This document shows, piece after piece, positions 19,317 to 30,158 of a DNA stretch of 32,000 bases. The stretch is from Wigglesworthia glossinidia endosymbiont of Glossina morsitans morsitans (Yale colony) (lineage in GTDB: Bacteria; Pseudomonadota; Gammaproteobacteria; Enterobacterales; Enterobacteriaceae): assembly GCF_000247565.1 (NCBI RefSeq), contig NC_016893.1:390001-422000 (forward strand), read 5' to 3'. The position numbers and the translations under genes were made by a program. Positions within the stretch are counted from its first letter, which is position 1. The number at the start of each line of letters is the position of its first letter. Below the pieces are notes generated by a model that saw only the letters and a list, made by a program, of their open reading frames with translations, did not search any database and had not been told where the DNA came from.

Positions 19317-20207
19317 ATGACAACAAAAAAAATAAATACTGTTATTATTCCAGCAGCTGGATTAGGTACACGCATGCTGCCTATTACTGCAACAATTCCA
19401 AAAGAAATGTTGCCAATCGTCGATATTCCATTAATTCAATATTCTATTAATGAATGTATTTTATCTGGATTATACAATATTATATTAATCACAAAATCTT
19501 GCAAATATTTAATTGAAAGTTATCTTGATTGTAATATTAACATATATAAATTTTTAGAAAAAAAAAGACAATCTGATATATTTTCTAAAATAAAATTAGT
19601 TTATCCATCATACGTAACAATCACATATATTCATCAAAAAAATATAAACGGATTAGGTAATGCGATTTTGTCTGCATTTCCTATAATTAAAAATCAACCA
19701 TTTGCTGTTGTACTACCCGATATTATTATTAATGAATACACTTCAAATTTAAAAAAAGATAATTTATCTGCCATGCTAAAACGTTTTCAAAATACAGGAA
19801 GAAGTCAAATATTAGTGAAAAAAGTACGTAATTTTCAAAATTATGGCATAGTATATTGTGAAAAAAAAAGTATGCATTTTAATAAACACGCAAAAATTAT
19901 TAAAGTCATCGAAAAACCTAATATAAATAACAACTTTTCAAATTTGTCTATTGTAGGACGATATGTATTTTCTAAAAATATTTGGAAAAAATTAAAAAAA
20001 ATAAAACCAGGAAAAAATGAAGAATTTCAATTAACAGACGCTATCGACTTGTTAATACAAGATGAAATTGTAGAGGCATATCCTATAATAGGATTAAGTC
20101 ATGATTGTGGAAATAAATTAGGATATATGCAAGCTTTTGTGCAATATGGTTTATATCATAAAAAATTTGGAAAAATTTTTAAAAAATGGATAAAGTCTAT
20201 AATATAG
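19317..20207 (+). CDS. galU: UTP-glucose-1-phosphate uridylyltransferase
   Basis: 296 aa, 'VIIPAAGLGTRMLPITATIPKEMLPIVDIPLIQYSINE', 'FAVVLPDIIINEY', 'EEFQLTDAIDLL'. Confidence 0.96.
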   Translation: MTTKKINTVIIPAAGLGTRMLPITATIPKEMLPIVDIPLIQYSINECILSGLYNIILITKSCKYLIESYLDCNINIYKFLEKKRQSDIFSKIKLVYPSYVTITYIHQKNINGLGNAILSAFPIIKNQPFAVVLPDIIINEYTSNLKKDNLSAMLKRFQNTGRSQILVKKVRNFQNYGIVYCEKKSMHFNKHAKIIKVIEKPNINNNFSNLSIVGRYVFSKNIWKKLKKIKPGKNEEFQLTDAIDLLIQDEIVEAYPIIGLSHDCGNKLGYMQAFVQYGLYHKKFGKIFKKWIKSII

Positions 20208-20264
20208 AAAATAATTATAATAAATAAAAAAGTACAAATTTTTGTAATCTTAGGAAATTATAAA

Positions 20265-21614
20265 ATGAAAGTCACAGTTTTTGGCGCTGGATATGTCGGA
20301 TTAGTACAATCTGCAGTATTAGCAGAAATTGGATGTCAGGTAGTATGTGTAGAAAATAACTTAAATAAAGTATTAAAATTACAAAAAGGTATTATACATT
20401 TGTATGAACCAGGATTGGTACAGTTGATACAAAAAAACTTGCGAAAAAATAAATTAACGTTTACTACAAATTTAAAATTTGGCATAAAACACGGCTTAAT
20501 ACAATGTATTGCCGTTGGAACACCGTTAAAAAACAATCGAATTGATATATCGGCAGTATATAATGTAGTAGTGAAGATAGCTAAAAATATGGAAAATCAT
20601 AAGATAATTTTAAAAAAATCTACTGTACCGATAGGTACATCGGAAAAAATATTTAGTTTAGTTAAAAAAATATTAAAAAATAGAAATAAAAATTTAACAT
20701 TCGACATAGTATTTAATCCAGAATTCTTAAAAGAAGGCACAGCAATATCAGATTGCATGCATCCAGAAAGGATAATTTTTGGAATAAACAATATCAATTC
20801 TATAAATATTTTAAAAAAATTATATAAACCATTTTGTCATAAAAAAAATTCTATGATTTTTATGGATTTTCGAAGTGCAGAATTAACAAAATATGCTGCT
20901 AACTGTATGTTAGCGACCAAGATTAGTTTTATGAACGAAATGGCTAATTTAGCAGAAATTTTTGGCGCAGATATAGAAAAAATTCGTCAAGGCATAGGTT
21001 CAGATTCACGTATTGGGAAAAGTTATATATATCCAGGATGTGGCTACGGAGGATCTTGTTTTCCAAAAGATGTTCGAGGATTAATCCTTAAATCAAAAGA
21101 GTTTGGATATGAACCTAAATTGTTACATGCAGTAGAAGAAATTAATATCATGCAAAAAAATAAATTGTTTAAATTAATTCAGTTTCATTTTAGAAATGAT
21201 TTGTACAAGAAAACTTTTGCATTATGGGGATTATCTTTTAAACCAAATACTAATGATATCAGAGAAGCATCAAGTTGTATGTTAATGGAATCTTTATGGA
21301 ATTGCGGCGCAAAAGTGCAGGCTTTTGATCCAAAAGCTATGCAAGAAATTTCTTTAGTATATAAGAATAACAATAATTTAAAATTAATGCATAATAAAGA
21401 ATCTACTCTAGAACATGCAGATGCTTTAATTATTTGCACAGAATGGAAACAATTTTATTTTCCAGACTTTAAAATCATTAAATCTAAATTAAAACATCCA
21501 GTAATTTTTGATGGAAGAAATTTATATAATCCAAAATATTTAAAAAATAATGGCTTTTTATATTATGGTATTGGTCGAGGAGAATCTTGTTCAAGATTAA
21601 AAGTAAAAAGTTAA
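20265..21614 (+). CDS. ugd: UDP-glucose 6-dehydrogenase (long ~450 aa class)
   Basis: 449 aa, Rossmann 'VFGAGYVGLVQSAVLAEIGCQVVCVE', 'FNPEFLKEGTAISD', 'AELTKYAANCMLATKISFMNE', catalytic 'YPGCGYGGSCFPKDVRGL', 'GLSFKPNTNDIREA'. Confidence 0.95.
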   Translation: MKVTVFGAGYVGLVQSAVLAEIGCQVVCVENNLNKVLKLQKGIIHLYEPGLVQLIQKNLRKNKLTFTTNLKFGIKHGLIQCIAVGTPLKNNRIDISAVYNVVVKIAKNMENHKIILKKSTVPIGTSEKIFSLVKKILKNRNKNLTFDIVFNPEFLKEGTAISDCMHPERIIFGINNINSINILKKLYKPFCHKKNSMIFMDFRSAELTKYAANCMLATKISFMNEMANLAEIFGADIEKIRQGIGSDSRIGKSYIYPGCGYGGSCFPKDVRGLILKSKEFGYEPKLLHAVEEINIMQKNKLFKLIQFHFRNDLYKKTFALWGLSFKPNTNDIREASSCMLMESLWNCGAKVQAFDPKAMQEISLVYKNNNNLKLMHNKESTLEHADALIICTEWKQFYFPDFKIIKSKLKHPVIFDGRNLYNPKYLKNNGFLYYGIGRGESCSRLKVKS

Positions 21615-21754
21615 ATTTTATAAAGAAAAAATATTTAAATATAATTTTTTTCTGATAACTTAAATAATCAAAATTCTTAATAAGAAAATACCAAGACATT
21701 TATTTATATAAAGTTTAATTTTGATTTTTTATTTAAAAAATATGTAATCAAAAA

Positions 21755-21793
21755 TTATTTTAATATTTTCTGAAAAAAATATTATTAAAATAA
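21755..21793. terminator. Candidate hairpin between convergent ugd and hns, possible bidirectional terminator
   Basis: Inverted repeat TTATTTTAATA (21755-21765) / TATTAAAATAA (21783-21793) around a T-rich/A-rich loop, in the only convergent gap of this region. Low GC makes stability doubtful. Confidence 0.3.
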
Positions 21794-21889
21794 TAAATTT
21801 TTTTATATTCTAATTAAAGAAAATATTATTCAATTTTTAATAAAAAAATTAAAACTTTTCGCACATTTATTTTCGGTATTTATATATTT

Positions 21890-22300
21890 TTATAATAAAA
21901 AATCTTCTAATTTTTTGCCTTCTGTATCAATAGCTTTTTTGATTATTGTTGGTGTTCTTCCCTGACCTGTCCACGTTCTGATTGCTCCATGTTCGTCGAT
22001 ATATTGATATTTTGCTGGACGCATGGCGCGCTTATTTTTAATAGATGTTTTAATTGTATTATGCATAGATTGCAGTAGTTCATTGGGGTCAATACCGTCT
22101 GCTATTAACATTTCTCGATATTGTTTTAATTTTCGAGTACGTTCTTCAATTTCAGCTTGAGCTTGGTTATCTTCTTCTCTACGCTCATTAACAACGACTT
22201 CTAATTTTTCCAACATTTCTTCTAATGTCTCTAAAGTACATTCTCTAGCTTGTGCTCTTAAAGTGCGTATATTGTTAAGAATTTTTAATGCTTCGCTCAT
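21890..22300 (-). CDS. hns: DNA-binding nucleoid protein H-NS
   Basis: 136 aa, '[43 protein letters not shown]' and C-terminal '[28 protein letters not shown]'. Confidence 0.98.
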   Translation of the reverse strand: MSEALKILNNIRTLRAQARECTLETLEEMLEKLEVVVNERREEDNQAQAEIEERTRKLKQYREMLIADGIDPNELLQSMHNTIKTSIKNKRAMRPAKYQYIDEHGAIRTWTGQGRTPTIIKKAIDTEGKKLEDFLL

Positions 22301-22791
22301 CTACGGTACTCTCAAGTATATAATAGAATTATCATTTTTTTGATAATATAATTTTAATTTATTTATTTTAATATTTATATTATCATTAATTAAAATATTG
22401 TATTTTGTAAATCAAAAAACGTGAAATTTTAAGTTATAAACTGTAATAGATATTTTTATTAATATAAACTAAAATATTAAATTAATTTAGTTTTTTTAAT
22501 AAAAAAATTATTTTTTTTATTAAAAATTAACAAATAAAAAATCTTTATTTTAATATTTAGTAAATTTTAATTTATTTGAAATAAATTTAAAATCAATAAT
22601 TTTTTTATATAAATTAAATTAGTTTTATTTTTATTAAATAAAAATATCTTAAATTAAATATTAATGAAAAATTTTAATATGCATTATCAAATTTGTTTAT
22701 AAAGTAATATATAGATTTTTATGCAAAAATATTTAATTAGTTTAGTATAGTTCTTTTATTATAGAAAATAAATATATTTTAATTAATTTTA

Positions 22792-24264
22792 TTATAATAG
22801 TGGACTAAAAAAATAAAAAAAACGCTCAATTGCACGTTGCCAGTATGGCCTTTTTACCCATTCATGTAAATTTAATATTGTAGAAAATGATATATAATTT
22901 TTATGTATTTTTTTTAATTTTTTTCCAAAATGGCGATTATCTACTATCAATGTTACTTCAAAATTTAACCATAAACTTCTCATGTCTAAATTTGCTGTAC
23001 CTACTAAACTGAGTTGATTATCTACTAAAATAGTTTTACTATGCAGCAATCCATTTTCAAATTGATAAATTTTAACACCCGAATGAAGTAATTCTGAAAA
23101 AAATGCCCTACTTGCCCATCTAACCAAAATAGAATCATTGAATTTTGGAATAATAATATACACTAACACCCCTCTTTGTGCAGCCGTGCAAATAGCATGC
23201 AATAAATCATCGCTAGGCACTAAATACGGCGTAGTAATTACTATTTTTTTTCTAGCAGAATAGATAGCAGTTAATAATACTTGTTGAATAAGATCTTCTG
23301 AAAATCCAGGACCCGATGGAATAACATTTGTTGTATAATTATATTCTGATTCATTAATAATTTTAATCTGATCTGGTAAGAAAAAAATTTTTTCTCCAGT
23401 TTCTATTTCCCAATCACATGAAAATATAATTCGCATTGCTGATACTACAGGCCCTTCCATACGGATCATAATGTCAATCCATTCTCCAACCCCAATATGT
23501 TGTTTAAAACATTTAGGATCTATCATATTCATGCTGCCAGTATATCCAATTCGATTGTCAATTAAAATCATTTTACGATGTTGCCTTAAATCCATACGTC
23601 TAAAAAATATTCTTAAAATATTTACGTGTAAAGCTTTTACAATTTTAATACCTGCACCTCTCATCATCTTTGCATGTATACTGCGAAAAAAATTGTTGCT
23701 ACCTGCTGAATCTAAAATTAATCTGCATTTTATTCCACGATGCGCCGCTTTTATTAAAACTTCAACAATTTGATTTACCCAACCACCTGGATGCCATATA
23801 TAAAAGACCATTTCAATATTTGTTTGAGCTAAATTTATATCCTTAATGACTGTATGCATCATATCATCTGAATTAGTTAAAATATTAATATTATTACTTT
23901 TTACCCCTTCCATTCCTTGACGATGTTTGCACAATTGAAATAATGCTGATGCTACTCTACTGTTAACCGTAGTAAAAATTTGTTTATAGTTTTTTAGATT
24001 TTTCAGTGCAGAAATCCAAATAACTTTATTTTTCTTTATTCTTTTTTTTTCTAAATTTAACTCTCCAAATAATAAATAAATTAATATTCCTAAAAGAGGA
24101 ACAATATAAATTGTCAGTAACCATGCCATAGATGTAGATACAGTACGACGCTTTTTTAAAATTTTTAAAGTAACTTCTATAATTAACCACCAATATCCTA
24201 GTAATAATGTCCAGTTAATTATCGGTAAATATGTATTAATAATGGAAAAAGAATTTATAAACAT
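22792..24264 (-). CDS. cls: Cardiolipin synthase A
   Basis: 490 aa, two N-terminal membrane segments and two HKD motifs ('[21 protein letters not shown]', '[20 protein letters not shown]'). Confidence 0.96.
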   Translation of the reverse strand: MFINSFSIINTYLPIINWTLLLGYWWLIIEVTLKILKKRRTVSTSMAWLLTIYIVPLLGILIYLLFGELNLEKKRIKKNKVIWISALKNLKNYKQIFTTVNSRVASALFQLCKHRQGMEGVKSNNINILTNSDDMMHTVIKDINLAQTNIEMVFYIWHPGGWVNQIVEVLIKAAHRGIKCRLILDSAGSNNFFRSIHAKMMRGAGIKIVKALHVNILRIFFRRMDLRQHRKMILIDNRIGYTGSMNMIDPKCFKQHIGVGEWIDIMIRMEGPVVSAMRIIFSCDWEIETGEKIFFLPDQIKIINESEYNYTTNVIPSGPGFSEDLIQQVLLTAIYSARKKIVITTPYLVPSDDLLHAICTAAQRGVLVYIIIPKFNDSILVRWASRAFFSELLHSGVKIYQFENGLLHSKTILVDNQLSLVGTANLDMRSLWLNFEVTLIVDNRHFGKKLKKIHKNYISFSTILNLHEWVKRPYWQRAIERFFYFFSPLL

Positions 24265-24599
24265 AAAAAATATGATTTATTTTAGTTTAAATTTAGATAA
24301 TTTTTTAATATTAAAAAACTATTTTTAATTAAACTTTAAGTATGCATTAAGGTTTAATATAACATTTTTAATGCTATTTTAATTTTTTAATATCAAATTT
24401 TAATTCATATCGAATTGAAACAATTTTTAAAATTAAAAATTTGTTTTATATAATAAAAAATAATTTTTAAAAAATAAAAAAATTTATTTTTCATATTAAA
24501 TTTTCAATATATATTGAATTCTATATTTACACTAAAAATTTTATTTATTTTAAAAAAAATTAATTAATTGCATATACTTGATATATGAATTTATTTTGA

Positions 24600-25385
24600 T
24601 TAAGTAAAGTTTTTTTTGTTTTCAGACAATGTAAAAAGTCGATATATATATATTATTGCATAACTAGTAACAATATTATTTATTAAATAAAAAAATATTT
24701 TTATAGATATTAAATGAGAATAAATAAATATTTGAGAAACTGTTATTAATATTATTAATTTTAAAAATAACCACAATATTATAATAGGTGCAATCAATCG
24801 GGTGTGCAACAATGCATGATGCATGCTAGTACGCATAGCATAAATAATACCAATTTTTTTGTTAGAAATTAAGATTGGTGAAAAACTAAAAATAATTAAT
24901 AAAAAAATTCCTGGTACGATCATGAAAGCTATTCCAAACTGTACAAGAAAAGAGACTAAAAAAATTAACGTAAGGAACTTTGGAAAAAATGGAAAAGCAT
25001 TTAAAATTAATTGATAAAAAGTACTGTATTTTTTGTTACAAATATTATATATCATTAGTACAATATTACTAAATAGAAAAGCGTTGCCAATCAAACTAGA
25101 TAAGTGACTTGATACAGATAATTTAAAAAGAATATATTTTTGATCGTTAGATAAATTTTTAAATAAATACTGCATATTACTTATAGATTCATTAAAATTA
25201 GAAATTATGTTTGTAAGAGAAGACATTTCTTCTAATGTCGGAAGAAAAGCATATCCAATTAAACCACTAATTATTGCGGATGTTATGGAAAAAAGTACTA
25301 TATTCAAAATTTGATTAATAAAAAAATTCCAAGTATCAAATAATAAATTTTTTATAAAAATAGGCATCATCTTCTCCCTGTTCAT
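24600..25385 (-). CDS. yciC: Inner membrane protein YciC (UPF0259 family)
   Basis: 261 aa multi-pass protein, 'LSSLIGNAFLFSNIVLMI', 'FPFFPKFLTLIFLVSFLVQFGIAFMIVPGIFLLIIFSFSPILI'. Position between cls and yciK matches E. coli order. Confidence 0.87.
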   Translation of the reverse strand: MNREKMMPIFIKNLLFDTWNFFINQILNIVLFSITSAIISGLIGYAFLPTLEEMSSLTNIISNFNESISNMQYLFKNLSNDQKYILFKLSVSSHLSSLIGNAFLFSNIVLMIYNICNKKYSTFYQLILNAFPFFPKFLTLIFLVSFLVQFGIAFMIVPGIFLLIIFSFSPILISNKKIGIIYAMRTSMHHALLHTRLIAPIIILWLFLKLIILITVSQIFIYSHLISIKIFFYLINNIVTSYAIIYIYRLFTLSENKKNFT

Positions 25386-25590
25386 TTGAAATGAATTTTC
25401 TATTTGTTTAATATTTTAATAAATTAAAAATTTTAAAATATATATAAGCAATATTTTTTAAAAAATAAATACTATTTATTTTGAATATTATTAAAAATAA
25501 TTAATTAAAATTATTTAAATAGATTTTGATAAATTATTCATTTTATATGACACAAATTATATATCATATATATAATACTGAGATTTTTAC

Positions 25591-26370
25591 CTAATTAAAT
25601 ATAAACTTCACCAATTTTTTAACATCAAATCTTATTCCAGTTTTATTTTTGCTAATATTCGACATTAAATACAAATAAAAATACATGATATCTTTTGGTT
25701 GCATAAGCGCATAATTATTTTCTGTTGGAAAAGCGATTTTTCTCATTTTTGTTTTTATAGATCCGGGATTAATGCAATTTACGCGAAGCTTAGATGATGG
25801 ATATTCAGCAGATAGTACTTTCATAAAGCCTTCTATAGCAAATTTTGAAATAGCATAAGGACCCCAATTTGCTCGTCCATTAGGAGTAGTACCAGATGTG
25901 GTAAAAATAATTGATGGATTTTTTGCTTTTAAAATTAGCGGCAAAAATGTTTGAGTTATCATAAAAGACCCATTTAAATTTACATTAATTACTTTTTTCC
26001 AAATTTTCGGTTTTTGTTTTATAATTGGATCAATTTTTCCTAAAATTCCAGCGTTATTTAGCAATCCATGTAAGTATGGTACTTTATTTTTAATTTGTTT
26101 AAAAATTAACTTATATTGATTATGATTAAATGATTCTAAATTGATAACAAGTATATATACGATAGTATTCGAATTGTTTTTTTCTATTTGCCGTTTAATT
26201 TGTACTAATTTTTTTTTAGATTTTCCTAGCAAAATAACATTTGCTCCATATTTCGCATATGTAATAGCGGCTTCTTTGCCAATTCCATCAGTAGCTCCAG
26301 TAATTAAGATATATTTATTTAATAAAAAATTTCTTTTAAAAAAGAACATTTTATGATTTAACATATTCAA
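25591..26370 (-). CDS. yciK: Short-chain dehydrogenase/reductase YciK
   Basis: 259 aa, 'ILITGATDGIGKEAAITYAKYGANVILLG', 'LNNAGILG', 'GRANWGPYAISKFAIEGFMKVL', 'LRVNCINPGSIKTKMRKIAFPTE'. Confidence 0.93.
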   Translation of the reverse strand: MNMLNHKMFFFKRNFLLNKYILITGATDGIGKEAAITYAKYGANVILLGKSKKKLVQIKRQIEKNNSNTIVYILVINLESFNHNQYKLIFKQIKNKVPYLHGLLNNAGILGKIDPIIKQKPKIWKKVINVNLNGSFMITQTFLPLILKAKNPSIIFTTSGTTPNGRANWGPYAISKFAIEGFMKVLSAEYPSSKLRVNCINPGSIKTKMRKIAFPTENNYALMQPKDIMYFYLYLMSNISKNKTGIRFDVKKLVKFIFN

Positions 26371-26633
26371 TATATAATGTTTAATGTAATTTTTTTAATA
26401 TAAAATATTTTGTTTATAGATAATAAAAATAATTTTATTAATTTTTTTTAAAAAATTTTGTTAAAAAAATTTTTTATGAATTTTTTTAAATCGCAAATAA
26501 ATTTTTAAATTATTCAAATCTTAAAATTTAAATTTATTTAAGTACTAATGTTTTCGTTTTATTACATGTAAAATATCAAGAATGAAAGTATTTTTTACAA
26601 AAAATAACGTTCATGTACTTTTTTAAAAAAGTA

Positions 26634-27233
26634 TTATTTGTTGAAATTGCATAATATATGACCCATTTTTCTAGCTTTAGTATCTAAGTACTTAGCATTA
26701 TTAGGATTTCGTCCTACGATTAAAGGGACACGTTCAGTGATATTAATACCTGCAGAACTTAATATATTAACTTTTTCAGGATTGTTTGTTAATAATCGAA
26801 TAGATTTAATTTTTAATGCACTTAATATTTCTGCGCATACTGTGAAATCTCTTTCATCTGCTGCAAATCCTAATTGATAATTAGCTTCTACAGTATCAAT
26901 TCCTTGATCTTGTAGAGCATATGCACGAATTTTATTGAGCAAACCAATATTACGACCTTCTTGTCGATGATATATTAAAACGCCACATTTTTCATGTGCA
27001 ATAGAAGATAGCGCAGCTTGTAGTTGAAAACCACAATCGCAACGTAAACTAAATAATGCATCTCCAGTTAAGCATTCAGAGTGTATTCGAGTTAAAATTG
27101 ATGTATTTTCTGTAATACTTCCGTGAAGTAAAGCAATATGGTTATATTTAGTTTGAATTTCTTCAAAACCTACCATAATAAATTCTGTCCATGGTGTAGG
27201 TAAACGAGCTTGTGTAATACGTTTAACTTGCAT
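26634..27233 (-). CDS. ribA: GTP cyclohydrolase II
   Basis: '[26 protein letters not shown]', '[24 protein letters not shown]', 'LLTNNPEKV'. The ORF extends to 27275, but alignment with RibA supports the internal Met ([15 protein letters not shown]) at 27233, giving 199 aa. Confidence 0.95.
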   Translation of the reverse strand: MQVKRITQARLPTPWTEFIMVGFEEIQTKYNHIALLHGSITENTSILTRIHSECLTGDALFSLRCDCGFQLQAALSSIAHEKCGVLIYHRQEGRNIGLLNKIRAYALQDQGIDTVEANYQLGFAADERDFTVCAEILSALKIKSIRLLTNNPEKVNILSSAGINITERVPLIVGRNPNNAKYLDTKARKMGHILCNFNK

Positions 27234-27745
27234 ATTTGCTCCAAAAATTAAATTTTTAAATAAATTATTATACAATTTTATTAATTTAAAAAACTAATAT
27301 TATTAAATATAATATTATTAATTAATTTATATAGATATTAGTTTTACTATAATTTATATTATATAATATATACTTTAAATTAAATATATACTATATTCAT
27401 TTTAATATAAATATTTTTAAAAAAATTTATAAATAAATTTTATAGCAAGTCAAAACTATTATAATTTTAAATTTTTATTTGAAATAAAAATTAAATAATG
27501 TTTATTGAATTTGTAAAAAAATGTTACTTATTTTTAAATAAAAATTTAACATAAATGCTACATATATTTATTATATTTTTTAACATATTCATTTTTTACA
27601 AATGAAATTTAATATTTTGAATAATTATAAAATATTAAATATAATGTATACAGTTTCAGATTTTATTAATACTAATACTTTGTATCAATAAAATATAAAT
27701 TTATGTTTTAATATAAAAAAATTAAATATAAATTAATTATTTTTA

Positions 27746-28480
27746 ATGTTGGTTACTAAAAACAGTATGATAGAAAAAAAAAAATTATCTCCAATTATTA
27801 TAGCATTAGATTATCAAGATCCCGAACAAGCAATTTATTTTTCTAAAAAAATATCTCCACAACAATGTCAATTAAAAATTGGCCAAGAACTTTTTATCAA
27901 ATCAGGAGTTTTTTTAGTAAATTATTTACATAAAAAAGGATTTAAGATCTTTTTAGATTTAAAGCTTTATGATATTCCTAATACAGTAAAAAGATCAGTA
28001 TATGCTATAAAAAAATTAGATGTATGGATGTTTACTTTACATATCCATGGAGGAAAAAGTATGATGTTGTCGGCTCGATCGGCACTCAATTTTCATAAAA
28101 AGAACACACCTAAAATTATTGGAGTAACTGTATTAACTAGTATGAATATACTTGAATTAAATCATATTGGTATTAATACTTCTTCTATGTTAAATCATGT
28201 AATCAAATTATCTGTACTTGCTAAAAAATGTAAATTAGATGGCATTGTATGTTCTCCGTGGGAAGCGAAAAGCATTAGAAAATTATTTGGAAAAAATTTT
28301 ATTATTATCACCCCGGGAATACGTCCAAAAAGAATGTACTATGATGATCAAAAACGTGTTATGACGCCTCGAGAAGCAATAAGATCTGGATCTGATTTTT
28401 TAGTAATTGGACGTCCAATTACTCGTGCGGATAATCCATATATGATTTTGAAAAAAATTTTGTCTGATATTAACAATTAG
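27746..28480 (+). CDS. pyrF: Orotidine 5'-phosphate decarboxylase
   Basis: 244 aa, 'PIIIALDYQD', 'IFLDLKLYDIPNTVKRSV', 'ITPGIRP', 'DFLVIGRPITRADNP'. Confidence 0.96.
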   Translation: MLVTKNSMIEKKKLSPIIIALDYQDPEQAIYFSKKISPQQCQLKIGQELFIKSGVFLVNYLHKKGFKIFLDLKLYDIPNTVKRSVYAIKKLDVWMFTLHIHGGKSMMLSARSALNFHKKNTPKIIGVTVLTSMNILELNHIGINTSSMLNHVIKLSVLAKKCKLDGIVCSPWEAKSIRKLFGKNFIIITPGIRPKRMYYDDQKRVMTPREAIRSGSDFLVIGRPITRADNPYMILKKILSDINN

Positions 28481-28601
28481 ATTCTTAAATATAATAAATA
28501 TCTGCAATTTTTTATTTTTATATAATATCAAAACTGATTCAATATATTAATTGAACATAATATATATTATTGTGTATTTTAAAATAATCAAACATAAAAA
28601 A

Positions 28602-29390
28602 TCAATTTTCATTTTCTATTGCAGACATGATATGAAAACCACCATCAGCATGAATAATTTCTCCAGTAACTATAGATGATAAATCAGAAAACAAAAATGT
28701 AGCAACATTTCCTATATCATGAATATTAATAATTTTTTTTAAAGGATTTATATTTCCATAATTTTTTAACATCTTTTTAAAATTTTTAATTCCAGAAGCC
28801 GATAAAGTTTTGATTGGAGCAGCAGAAATTGCATTTACTCTAATATTTTCATTTCCTAAAGAATATGCTATATAACGTACGCTCGCTTCTAAAGCAGCTT
28901 TTGCAATACCCATTATATTATAATTTGGTATAATTCTTTCAGAACCTATATATGTAATTGTCACTATACTTCCTCCTGAATTTATCATAGATCTACTAAG
29001 CTTAGACATTTCAGAAAAACTATATGTGCTAATTTTATGTGCGTGCATAAAATCTTCCTGAGTTAAAGAATCTAAATAATTTCCTGATAAATTTTTTGGA
29101 TTTGCATATGCAATAGAATGTAAAAAACCATCAAAAGTTTTCCATGATTTTTTTAACTTTTGAAATAAATCATGAATATCTTGTTTGTTGTTTACATCAC
29201 AAGGTAATAAAAGATTCGAATTAAATTCTTTTTGCACAATTTTTTCAATACGTTGTTTCGCTTTTTCATTTTGATAGGTAAATGCTAATTCGGCTTTTTG
29301 ACGATATATAGCACGAGCAATACCGTATGCTATAGAATATTTATTTATCATTCCTGTGATTAAGAAACGTTTTCCAAGTAATAAATTCAT
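28602..29390 (-). CDS. fabI: Enoyl-[acyl-carrier-protein] reductase [NADH] FabI
   Basis: 'LLGKRFLITGMINKYSIAYGIARAIYRQKAELAFTYQ', 'IPNYNIMGIAKAALEASVRYIA', 'GEIIHADGGFHI'. The ORF extends to 29429; the internal Met (MNLLLGKRFLITG) gives 262 aa, the same length I recall for E. coli FabI. Confidence 0.95.
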   Translation of the reverse strand: MNLLLGKRFLITGMINKYSIAYGIARAIYRQKAELAFTYQNEKAKQRIEKIVQKEFNSNLLLPCDVNNKQDIHDLFQKLKKSWKTFDGFLHSIAYANPKNLSGNYLDSLTQEDFMHAHKISTYSFSEMSKLSRSMINSGGSIVTITYIGSERIIPNYNIMGIAKAALEASVRYIAYSLGNENIRVNAISAAPIKTLSASGIKNFKKMLKNYGNINPLKKIINIHDIGNVATFLFSDLSSIVTGEIIHADGGFHIMSAIENEN

Positions 29391-29766
29391 AATCTGATTT
29401 TCCTGATAATTTATACATAATAATAACATGTGATATTTTATAATAAATATTAAAAATAATTTTTTAAAATTTATTTTAGTATAATCTAATTTTTATTTAA
29501 AAAATTAGTACAATAAATTTGTATAAAATAAAATTTTTAATTCTCAATTATTTGTTAATATAATAACTTATATACACTTTATTTAATTTGATTATACTTA
29601 AAATATATAAATTTTTTTAAAAAATTTTTAAATTATTAATATGTATACTGATTATTTTATAATAAAATTATATATAAAATATATAAAGCATAAAATTTTA
29701 TTTTTATGGGAATTTAATAATATTTATATTAAAATTAATTTATATTTATTTTAACATAAGTTTTAT

Positions 29767-30144
29767 ATGAAACATTTAATTAATACAATGAAACATTATA
29801 AAGATACACAGAAATCATTAAAGAAATTTATTCTAACTGAATCTGCTGTAAAAAAAATCAATCAACTAATAAAACAAAATCCATCTATCTTAGGAATTCG
29901 AATATCATTAAAAAGATCTGGATGTGCAGGTTGGAGTTATTTGATAAATACAGTATCGAAGTTTACAAAAGATGATTTTGTATACGAATACAAAGGAGTA
30001 CAAATATGTACACTAAAAAAATTTTTGCCATTTATTAATACACTCGAACTAGATTACATTAAAAATGGATTAGGTTACAAATTTAAATTTAATAATCCGA
30101 ATGCAAAAAACATATGTGGTTGTGGAAAAAGTATAAATTTTTAA
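29767..30144 (+). CDS. sufA: Fe-S cluster assembly A-type carrier SufA
   Basis: 125 aa, '[11 protein letters not shown]' and C-terminal '[16 protein letters not shown]' carrying the conserved cysteines. Upstream of sufB. Confidence 0.95.
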   Translation: MKHLINTMKHYKDTQKSLKKFILTESAVKKINQLIKQNPSILGIRISLKRSGCAGWSYLINTVSKFTKDDFVYEYKGVQICTLKKFLPFINTLELDYIKNGLGYKFKFNNPNAKNICGCGKSINF

Positions 30145-30158
30145 TGAGACAATATTTT

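Noticed and set aside
20336-21439. Three minus-strand ORFs (66, 66, 84 aa) in ugd
   Set aside because: Antisense shadow ORFs of a well-conserved gene. One has CxxC-like cysteines but no family.
21484-21699. 71 aa minus-strand ORF over the ugd 3' end
   Set aside because: Mostly antisense to ugd with a low-complexity F/I/L/K-rich translation.
23471-23773. 100 aa plus-strand ORF
   Set aside because: Antisense to the catalytic domain of cls.
24630-24655. TA-dinucleotide run near the yciC 3' end
   Set aside because: It lies in coding sequence (YAIIYIYR) and matches background AT composition.
26141-26356. 71 aa plus-strand ORF
   Set aside because: Antisense to yciK.
27276-27745. 470 bp ribA/pyrF spacer as a hidden gene or novel RNA
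   Set aside because: Nearly pure A/T with no ORF, no GC-rich stem and no repeats. Best read as eroded intergenic sequence plus divergent promoters.
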